From Pseudomonadota bacterium (GTDB taxonomy: Bacteria; Pseudomonadota; Gammaproteobacteria; Ga0077536), in the NCBI GenBank assembly GCA_039030125.1, contig JBCCEV010000002.1:1-53411 (forward strand): a stretch of 53,411 nucleotides of DNA, read 5' to 3'. Below are positions 9,031 through 16,631 of the stretch, piece by piece. Each line of letters starts with the position of its first letter. Positions within the stretch are counted from its first letter, which is position 1. The position numbers and the translations under genes were made by a program. The notes under the pieces are model-generated. The model had not been told where the DNA came from, ran no database searches, and worked only from the letters and a program-made list of their open reading frames with translations.

Positions 9031-10218
9031 ATGGAACCCGTTGTTATCGTAGACAGTATCCGCACCGGCTTGGCCAAATCGCATCGCGGAACGTTCAATT
9101 TAACCCGCGCGGATGAAATGGTCGCGCACTGCATCGATGCCCTGCTCGAACGAAATCCGGCGGTCAGTGCCGATGAGGTTGAAGATGTTTCCCTAGGCGC
9201 CGGACGGCAGATTGGCGAACAATCGGCCAACATCGCCCGCCATGCGGTGGTGCTATCAAAGCTACCCATCAGCGTACCGGCTATGACGATGAGCCGCGCA
9301 TGCTCCTCAGGCCTGAACGCGATTTCGATCGCGGCGACACAAATCGCGAGCGGCAGTGCACAGGTTGCAATCGCGGGGGGCGTTGAATCGATTACCGGCC
9401 TTGATCGGGGCACGCCTGCTAAGTTCGATGAAAATCCGCGCTTGCTCGACGAGAAACCAGAGATCTTTATGGCGATGGGAAATACCGCCGAAGTCGTCGC
9501 GCGACGCTATAACGTCTCTCGCGAAGCGCAAGACGAGTACGCCTTGCAAAGCCAGCAACGCTACGCCGCGGCCCAACAAGCCGGCAAGGTTGATGACGAG
9601 ATCGCGCCCATGACGGTCAAATGGCTGCAGATGAAAAACAAGGAAACGAAGGAGACGGAAATCGTCGAAGGTACGGTCGACAAAGACGAGTGCAATCGTC
9701 CGACCACGACCCTGGAAGGCTTGGCGAAGCTGTCGCCCGCTTTCGAAGAAGGCGGATCGGTTACCGCGGGTAACGCTTCACAGTTATCCGATGGCGCGTC
9801 GATGACCCTTTTGATGACCGAAAAGCGTGCGCAACAGCTCAACCTCGAACCGCTGGCGTATTTCAAAGGCTTCGCCGTTGCGGGCTGCGAACCGGACGAA
9901 ATGGGGATCGGGCCGGTCTTCGCCATTCCGAAGTTGCTGAAATATCACAGTCTCAGTTTGAACGACATTGATCTTGTCGAGCTCAATGAAGCGTTTGCCT
10001 CGCAATGTCTGTACTGCCGCGATCGTTTAGAGATTGACAACGAGATCTACAACGTTAACGGCGGCTCAATTGCGATCGGTCATCCCTTCGGGATGACCGG
10101 CTCTCGCTTAACCGGCTTACTGCTTCGCGAACTCAAGCGCCGGGATAAAAAACTTGGGCTGGTCTCGATGTGTATCGGTAAAGGCATGGGCGCTGCGGGT
10201 CTGTTCGAGGCGGCTTGA
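9031..10218 (+). CDS. acetyl-CoA C-acyltransferase (thiolase)
   Basis: 395 aa. Active-site Cys context MSRACSSGLNAI, C-terminal NVNGGSIAIGHPFG and MCIGKGMG. SD-like gagga lies upstream of the ATG. Confidence 0.85.
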   Translation: MEPVVIVDSIRTGLAKSHRGTFNLTRADEMVAHCIDALLERNPAVSADEVEDVSLGAGRQIGEQSANIARHAVVLSKLPISVPAMTMSRACSSGLNAISIAATQIASGSAQVAIAGGVESITGLDRGTPAKFDENPRLLDEKPEIFMAMGNTAEVVARRYNVSREAQDEYALQSQQRYAAAQQAGKVDDEIAPMTVKWLQMKNKETKETEIVEGTVDKDECNRPTTTLEGLAKLSPAFEEGGSVTAGNASQLSDGASMTLLMTEKRAQQLNLEPLAYFKGFAVAGCEPDEMGIGPVFAIPKLLKYHSLSLNDIDLVELNEAFASQCLYCRDRLEIDNEIYNVNGGSIAIGHPFGMTGSRLTGLLLRELKRRDKKLGLVSMCIGKGMGAAGLFEAA

Positions 10219-10260
10219 GCATCGCGAGCCGCGCCAGATGGGGCACCCCCAACCACGTCC

Positions 10261-11100
10261 TTAGTCAAGCGGCAGAATGGTCGACGCAGGCTTTTCGAAT
10301 CCCTTCATCGCCGCAAAACGCTCTTCGACATGACTCATCAGCTGCGGATGGGTCAGTATGTAGAAACGCGGTTGACGAATACCGTCCAGCACGATTTCAC
10401 CCACTTCATTGGGATCCATGCCACTTTCAACGCCCGCTCGAAACTTGCTGCGGGAGCGTTGGTCGGATTCGCTCATCTCCGGGGCACCGTCACGATTGCG
10501 ATCGGAGTCGACAATGGCGGTGTTCACCCAGCCCGGACAAAGCACAGAAATATTGACGTCTTCGGGAACCCGCGCCAACGAGTTGTACACGCACTCTGAT
10601 AAGGCGACGACTGCGTGTTTGCTAACGACATAGATTGGGGTCGCGATCCCCGCGATCAGACCTCCGACCGAGGCCGTATTGACGATGTGCGCAGGCTCTC
10701 CTTGCGTAAGCATGCGAGGCACGAAACTCTTGATGCCGTGCACAACCCCCATCACGTTGACGCCCAACACCCAATCCCAATCATCGAGCGAATATTCCCA
10801 GGCTGGCTTGTTATTCTCAATAACACCCGCGTTATTGCACAGCACGTTGACGGCACCGAACGTGCGGTAAGCCAGATCAGCGAGCGCTTCAACCGCAGCC
10901 GGATCCGTAACGTCGGTTTGCTTGGTGACCACCTGGGTCTGTGATGAACCAAGTTCCTGTGCCGCTGCTTCCAACGCATTTGCTTCGACGTCGGCAAGCA
11001 CTAAATTCATGCCCTGCCGGGCGCAAGCCCTTGCGATCCCAAGCCCGATCCCGCTAGCGCCGCCGGTAATGAGCGCAACCCGCGTTGAAAATTGTTCCAT
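10261..11100 (-). CDS. SDR-family oxidoreductase
   Basis: 279 aa. TGGASGIG cofactor motif, NNAG, and YVVSKHA catalytic Y-x3-K. Confidence 0.8.
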   Translation of the reverse strand: MEQFSTRVALITGGASGIGLGIARACARQGMNLVLADVEANALEAAAQELGSSQTQVVTKQTDVTDPAAVEALADLAYRTFGAVNVLCNNAGVIENNKPAWEYSLDDWDWVLGVNVMGVVHGIKSFVPRMLTQGEPAHIVNTASVGGLIAGIATPIYVVSKHAVVALSECVYNSLARVPEDVNISVLCPGWVNTAIVDSDRNRDGAPEMSESDQRSRSKFRAGVESGMDPNEVGEIVLDGIRQPRFYILTHPQLMSHVEERFAAMKGFEKPASTILPLD

Positions 11101-11116
11101 CTTTCTACGTTCCTGC

Positions 11117-11590
11117 TTAGTGTTGTTTTTGTTCGTCGCGAAGCTTGTCGCGAACTTCCATCAGTAATTTTCCATACTGATTATGTCCGCGCCCGTCACG
11201 GCCGTGGCCCCAAAAATAATCATAGAGTGTGCGCTCGATGATAGGTTTCTCGCCGGTGTCCAGCAGCGCGTCCGCGACATCTTGGTAGGTCCTGCATTTC
11301 GTATAGAAGCCGCGGGTCATATAGGTCACCCGGTTCACTTTCCAATCGCGCTGGCGTGGTTTGAACCAACCCTCACCCATTTGCGCGGCAACCCCCGGTT
11401 CCCTGGCGCCGAGGATCTTGTCGAAGTGCTTGCCGGGGGCGAATTTCATCGCTTGATAGTAGTGCTCGACGGTTGGCCACAACTGTTGATCGAGCAGGAT
11501 GCTGTGCGGCGAGTAGGTGCCCAGGATTTCATCCGGGTCCGTGCGCACCACGAACAGCTTGTCGCGATCAGAGTTCTCAAAAAACGGCAT
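11117..11590 (-). CDS. NADAR (YbiA/DUF1768) family protein
   Basis: 157 aa. WPTVEHYYQAMKF ... YDYFWGHGRDGRGHNQYGKLLMEVR matches the NADAR signature. Confidence 0.7.
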   Translation of the reverse strand: MPFFENSDRDKLFVVRTDPDEILGTYSPHSILLDQQLWPTVEHYYQAMKFAPGKHFDKILGAREPGVAAQMGEGWFKPRQRDWKVNRVTYMTRGFYTKCRTYQDVADALLDTGEKPIIERTLYDYFWGHGRDGRGHNQYGKLLMEVRDKLRDEQKQH

Positions 11591-11613
11591 GGCCTGAGTC
11601 TCGCCCGCTATCG

Positions 11614-12489
11614 TCAGGTGTTGAGCTTGCGCTGGGTCGATTGCTCGCCGGTGGTACCGCGATTCATGTAGTTTTTAGTCATATCTCGTTCGCGCGGGAT
11701 CCCCCACCGGCCCCATAAATCGGGACCAATCGCGGTTAGAGCACCATCGACCACGATTGACTCACCACTCACGAATTTCGAGTCGTCACTGGCCAAGAAC
11801 AAGGCGGTGCTCGCAATATCGTCGCCAGTCCCGTGATCGGGGAAAGGCTGCATGCGGTCAAGTTCCGCCCCGGCTTCAGCCTCGCTTTGGTTCTTTTTGG
11901 TCGTCAAACCCGTAACGATAAAGCCTGGGTTGATGCAGTTTACGCGGATCCGATCGGGCGCTAGCTGAACGCTCGCCGAGCGAGTGAGGTTTATCACCGC
12001 CGCTTTCGCCGCCGAGTAGGCGAGCGGACCGCAACCGCCGCTCATCCCAGCGACCGAGGCGGTGTTAATGATAGCGCCGCCCTCGCCTTGCTCGCGGAGC
12101 ATGCGCGCGGCGTACTTAATGCCCAAGAAAACGCCTTTCACCAAGACATCAAAGGTGTAATCCCATTCTTCGATTTCCAAGTCCCAAACCGGCCCGACCG
12201 CGCCCCCAACACCAGCATTATTGAAGACAATATCCAATCTTCCGAAAGAATCCCGTGCGCATTCGATCATCGCCTTGATGTCAGCCTCATCAGCGACATC
12301 AACGCGCGCGAACACGGCGTTGCCGGAGAAACCCAATTGCTCGGCTTCGGCAACCGCTTCGTTGCCGGTGTCTTCGTTGAAATCGGCAATCACCACGCGC
12401 GCACCTTCCTTAAGAAACCGCATTGCCGTGCGTCTGCCCATACCGCCAGCCGCCCCGGTGATCACGGCAACCTTATTTTCAAGTCTCAT
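11614..12489 (-). CDS. SDR-family oxidoreductase
   Basis: 291 aa. TGAAGGMG, NNAG, and YSAAKAA (Y-x3-K). Confidence 0.8.
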   Translation of the reverse strand: MRLENKVAVITGAAGGMGRRTAMRFLKEGARVVIADFNEDTGNEAVAEAEQLGFSGNAVFARVDVADEADIKAMIECARDSFGRLDIVFNNAGVGGAVGPVWDLEIEEWDYTFDVLVKGVFLGIKYAARMLREQGEGGAIINTASVAGMSGGCGPLAYSAAKAAVINLTRSASVQLAPDRIRVNCINPGFIVTGLTTKKNQSEAEAGAELDRMQPFPDHGTGDDIASTALFLASDDSKFVSGESIVVDGALTAIGPDLWGRWGIPRERDMTKNYMNRGTTGEQSTQRKLNT

Positions 12490-12678
12490 CTTCTATTCCT
12501 CGTGTTCAATATCAACGCTAGCTGATTAGCTATCCGCCACCCGCCTTTTTCTTTGCTCCATCTGTGAGCCTTCTCTGCTTCAAGATCTGGACAGCGACAC
12601 ACGCTCTGTTCAGAACGTGGAACTCAACCCGACCCCAAGCACTTTACATATCCTCCGATCTCGGGTGCCGCTGCGTGC

Positions 12679-13374
12679 TTACCCGCCCCAATGATTCCAG
12701 TAGCTAACATCGTTCAAAGGGAGTCGTTTAGCAGGTTTTAATTCCCCCCCGGTTAGCCACGCAATGGGTAGCAGCGCCGCCTGGGTGATGTTCTGCGGGA
12801 TCCCCAGCAACTCTCTCACCTGTGCTTCATAGATTAAATGCAGGCTGGTCCAGGCCGAGGCGATACGTCTCGCTCTTAGCGCCAGCATCAGCGACCACGT
12901 TGCCGGCAAAATTGAGCCATACATTGACGCCTGTACAAACATGGTCTCTGTTTCGAAACGGCTTTCGATGCACGGAATAATCATCGCGGGAACCCGGTGC
13001 ATATTTTCCAAAAGGTGCATAGAAGAACTCATGACCGCATCCTTCTGCTTGCTGCGCATGTCGTCCGGCGCGAATTCGCGAGTGGCGCTAACTCCGGTTT
13101 GGGTCATGCCGGTCTGATCGGCAATATATTGTTCCGCGCCGCGACGGTAGGCGTCGGCGATCCCGGCTTTCAAATCCGGCTCGGTAACAATCATGAAACG
13201 CCACGTCTGGGTATTCGCGCCGGTTGGCGCCTGCAGGGCAATCTCAAGACATTCGTTAATAATTTCCGTCGGCACTTCGCGCTCTAGATCAAGTCTTAAT
13301 CGGACACTGCGCGTGGTCGTTAAAACATGATCGACGCTCGCCAGTTCGATTGGAAAAAGCTCGGTGTCAGCCAT
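12679..13374 (-). CDS. nitroreductase-family protein
   Basis: 231 aa. The N-terminal TTRSVRLRLDLEREVPTEIINECLEIALQAPTGANTQTWRF pattern is typical of FMN nitroreductases. Confidence 0.7.
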   Translation of the reverse strand: MADTELFPIELASVDHVLTTTRSVRLRLDLEREVPTEIINECLEIALQAPTGANTQTWRFMIVTEPDLKAGIADAYRRGAEQYIADQTGMTQTGVSATREFAPDDMRSKQKDAVMSSSMHLLENMHRVPAMIIPCIESRFETETMFVQASMYGSILPATWSLMLALRARRIASAWTSLHLIYEAQVRELLGIPQNITQAALLPIAWLTGGELKPAKRLPLNDVSYWNHWGG

Positions 13375-13474
13375 TGGCGCCCCCTCGTCTGCTACGGCTA
13401 GAGGAGGGAATTATAAGCACCTAAGCGCGTGTCGCGGGCGGTTAAAATGACACGCAAAACGGACGAATCGTACG

Positions 13475-14287
13475 ATGACACGCCTCCTGAAATTTCGCTT
13501 CTACCGGTCACTCACACTGCTCACAAGCCTTGGTCTGAGCACCGCCTGCGTGACCACCAGCCCAACCGGACGTACGCAACTGCAACTGGTCTCCGAGCAG
13601 AGCGCGATTGCGTCGTCAAAACAAGCCTACACGCAAATGCTCGCGCCACTCGCCGAGGAGAACAAAGTTGATTCAAAACCGAACATCAAGCGCCGGGTTG
13701 ATGAAATCGCCAAACCCATCATCGAGCAAGCGATCAACATGCGGCCGGATACCGCAAATTGGGCTTGGGAGCTCAAGATTATCGACGATCCCAAAACGGT
13801 CAATGCCTGGGCGATGGCCGGCGGCAAGATGGCGGTCTACACCGGTTTAATTGAAGTGATTAAACCGAACGATGATGAATTAGCGCAGGTGCTCGCTCAC
13901 GAAATTTCTCACGCTTTGGCAAAGCATTCGGTCGAAAAAATGTCGGTATCGGCCGCGACGGCTTTAGGTGTGCAGGCGATCGGTGTAGCCGCCGATCTCC
14001 CACCCATTGCCATGCAGGGCGGCGCGTTGCTCGCGGCAATGGCGGTATCGCTGCCAAACAGCCGGACGATGGAGTCCGAAGCCGACCGAATTGGTATCGA
14101 GTTGGCGGCTCGCGCCGGTTTTAACCCACACGCCGCGGTAACCCTATGGGAGAAGATGGGTGCGGCAAGCCAATCGCGCCAGCCGCAACTGCTCAGCACC
14201 CACCCGCACCCGCAGGCACGACAGATGGCGCTTAAAACCTTGATCCCGCAGATGATGCCGCTCTATGAACAAGCGCAAGGCAACTAA
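13475..14287 (+). CDS. M48-family zinc metallopeptidase lipoprotein
   Basis: 270 aa. Lipobox LSTAC after a hydrophobic N-terminus, HEISHAL zinc motif and a downstream ESEADRIG. Confidence 0.8.
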   Translation: MTRLLKFRFYRSLTLLTSLGLSTACVTTSPTGRTQLQLVSEQSAIASSKQAYTQMLAPLAEENKVDSKPNIKRRVDEIAKPIIEQAINMRPDTANWAWELKIIDDPKTVNAWAMAGGKMAVYTGLIEVIKPNDDELAQVLAHEISHALAKHSVEKMSVSAATALGVQAIGVAADLPPIAMQGGALLAAMAVSLPNSRTMESEADRIGIELAARAGFNPHAAVTLWEKMGAASQSRQPQLLSTHPHPQARQMALKTLIPQMMPLYEQAQGN

Positions 14288-15513
14288 ACGACGTGCTTTT
14301 CTGAAAGCTCGTGGATGTCAGGCTCTGAATAACCCAGCTCTTTTAGTATATCGCTGGTGTTTGCTCCTAACGGCGGCGCGGCGCTACGAACTTTGGTTGG
14401 CGTCCGCGAAAACTTTGCCGCTGGCCCGGTGATCGGCACCGAATTCCCATCCGCTAAGGTTGTCTCCTGCAGCATGTCGCGAGCCCGCGTTTGTGGGAGC
14501 TGAGCCGCTTCCTTGAAAGTGTTAACCCGGGTGGCCGGTAATCCGGCGTCTTCAAAGATTTTCTCGACTTCCCCCGTTGTACGCTCAGCACACCATTGCG
14601 CGAGGAATCGATCAACATCGTCGCGATTGCCCGGCTGCACGCGCGCGAGGTTAGTCGCATAGCGCTCATCGGTCTTGAGGTCTGGCCGCTCCATGATGTC
14701 TGCCAAGCGCTGCCAGTGGGTGTCGAGTAAGACACCGGCGTAGACAAAGCCGTCGGTGCACGCATAGCGATTAACGGGGGCTGCAATCGGAAACTGACTG
14801 CCCCAGCGTTGCATCGGCATATCGACCGCGCCCGCGGTCAAATAACCGTTGCTTTGAAAATGCACCGCATCGACCAGCGCCACGTCAACATGCTGGCCTT
14901 CACCCGTTTGCTGGGCGTGATGAAGTGCGGCCAAGGCCGAGGTCGCGCCGTGAACCCCCGCCAAATCGTCACACAGAAAGGTCCCCGCTTTAACGGGGAG
15001 GCCATCGGGTTCGCCGTTTTGCGCAGCCCAGCCGGAATAGAATTGTGCGATCGGATCGTAGCCAACACGCGAGGACAAGGGACCAAATTGTCCATAGCCG
15101 CTAATGGAAACGTAGACGATTTTCGGGTTTCTGGCGCTAACCTGCTCATAGCCGACACCCCACGCGGTCATGGTACCCGGACGGAAATTCTCAATCACGA
15201 TGTCCGCGGTTTCGGCGAGCTTGAGAAATATTTCAACGCCTTCGGGTTTATGCATATCAACGGTCACGTTGAGCTTGTTGCGGTTGACCGTCTCATTACC
15301 CAGGTACAGCTTGCTGTCGGGGATGGTCGGTGGGAGCCTCCGTATCACTTCGCCTAGCGGATGTTCGACCTTGATCACCGTCGCGCCGAAATCAGCGAGC
15401 ATGCAACCTGCCATTGGGCCCGCCCAAGTCGTGGTCGCCTCGATGACCCGGACACCTTCCAACGGGCCGCTGATATCGTCACGGGCATTTTTATAGAAAT
15501 CAGATTTTTCCAT
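14284..15513 (-). CDS. family III CoA-transferase (CaiB/BaiF type)
   Basis: 409 aa. GPMAGCMLADFGATVIKVEHP is the family N-terminal pattern. Its stop codon overlaps the stop of the convergent M48 gene. Confidence 0.8.
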   Translation of the reverse strand: MEKSDFYKNARDDISGPLEGVRVIEATTTWAGPMAGCMLADFGATVIKVEHPLGEVIRRLPPTIPDSKLYLGNETVNRNKLNVTVDMHKPEGVEIFLKLAETADIVIENFRPGTMTAWGVGYEQVSARNPKIVYVSISGYGQFGPLSSRVGYDPIAQFYSGWAAQNGEPDGLPVKAGTFLCDDLAGVHGATSALAALHHAQQTGEGQHVDVALVDAVHFQSNGYLTAGAVDMPMQRWGSQFPIAAPVNRYACTDGFVYAGVLLDTHWQRLADIMERPDLKTDERYATNLARVQPGNRDDVDRFLAQWCAERTTGEVEKIFEDAGLPATRVNTFKEAAQLPQTRARDMLQETTLADGNSVPITGPAAKFSRTPTKVRSAAPPLGANTSDILKELGYSEPDIHELSEKHVV

Positions 15514-15530
15514 TGGAACCTACTCCAGAC

Positions 15531-15917
15531 CTAAACACGAAGCGATGCGCCGGCGCCGGCCAGCAACTCCTTGAGAATCGAACGATGGCAACGGGCTTCG
15601 TTTTCACAATAGCAGCCAACCGAAAAATCAGTCGCTTTTGAGAGGGCCGCCAACAAATCAATATCACGACGCGGCAAAGGGGCCTTCATTTCTTTCAAGT
15701 ATTGCCGTTTGAACTGCTTCCAAGCCCGCTCATCTTCAATGGGGAAAGATGACTTTAGCAGGGCTTCGCTGGGCGCCAGGTTGGGGAACCAAATGTCGTA
15801 GATGTTCTTGGCGGCGTAATCTTCCTTTTTAACCCCGCGTGGGGGCCGGCGTACTGTGCCTATCCGCAGGCCTTCCCCGGTCAGACGCTCACTACCGAGT
15901 CGAACAATCGATAACAC
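15531..15917 (-). CDS. DUF488 family protein
   Basis: 128 aa with a GTG start. RPPRGVKKEDY...WFPNLAPSEALLK...CYCENEARCHRSIL matches DUF488. Confidence 0.65.
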   Translation of the reverse strand: MLSIVRLGSERLTGEGLRIGTVRRPPRGVKKEDYAAKNIYDIWFPNLAPSEALLKSSFPIEDERAWKQFKRQYLKEMKAPLPRRDIDLLAALSKATDFSVGCYCENEARCHRSILKELLAGAGASLRV

Positions 15918-15996
15918 CAGAACCTCTCACTTATCGCTGCAACGAGAACCTGCTGGAGTCCATTATAATCACCGCCTTTCGAGCTTCGGAAAAACC

Positions 15997-16623
15997 ATGT
16001 CGCTACGTGTTATCGGCGCGGGAGTGGGGCGCACCGGCACCACTTCGCTAAAACTCGCGCTTGAGCAACTGCTCGGCGGGCGGTGCTATCACATGCACGA
16101 AGTGTTCCCGAATGAGGAGCATATTCCCTTGTGGCACCAAGCAGCACTTGGAGAAATGCCAAACTGGTCTGAAATGTTCGCAGGCTGGAGCGCCGCGGTC
16201 GATTGGCCCGCTTCTGCCTTCTGGCCAGAGCTTGCAAGCGCTTTTCCCAACGCCTTGTTAATCTTTTCATATCGCGACCCCGATGCCTGGTGGCAGAGCG
16301 CCTCAAACACGATATTTCCGGCCACCGTGAAGGCCGAAGATAGTCCCTGGCGGCGGATGATTTCTGATCTGTTCAAACACCGTTTCACCGAGGCTATTGA
16401 AAATCGGGACAAAGCGATCGCGGCGTTCAATGCTCATAACGCGCAGGTGCGCGCAACCGCACCCCGGCATCGCTTAGTGGAATGGCAAGCCGGTGACGGC
16501 TGGGAGCCGATTTGCCGTGGCCTTGGCCTGCCAGTTCCAGACGCGCCGTTTCCGCATGAAAACACCACCAGCGACTTCAAATCCCGCGTGGGTAAGACAA
16601 CGCCATCTCCCGACAAAAGCTGA
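15997..16623 (+). CDS. sulfotransferase-family protein (P-loop-like)
   Basis: The ATG at 15997 gives MSLRVIGAGVGRTGTTSLKLAL, a PAPS-binding-loop-like motif. The longer ORF from 15856 overlaps DUF488 antisense and is rejected. Confidence 0.65.
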   Translation: MSLRVIGAGVGRTGTTSLKLALEQLLGGRCYHMHEVFPNEEHIPLWHQAALGEMPNWSEMFAGWSAAVDWPASAFWPELASAFPNALLIFSYRDPDAWWQSASNTIFPATVKAEDSPWRRMISDLFKHRFTEAIENRDKAIAAFNAHNAQVRATAPRHRLVEWQAGDGWEPICRGLGLPVPDAPFPHENTTSDFKSRVGKTTPSPDKS

Positions 16624-16631
16624 GCGAGACG

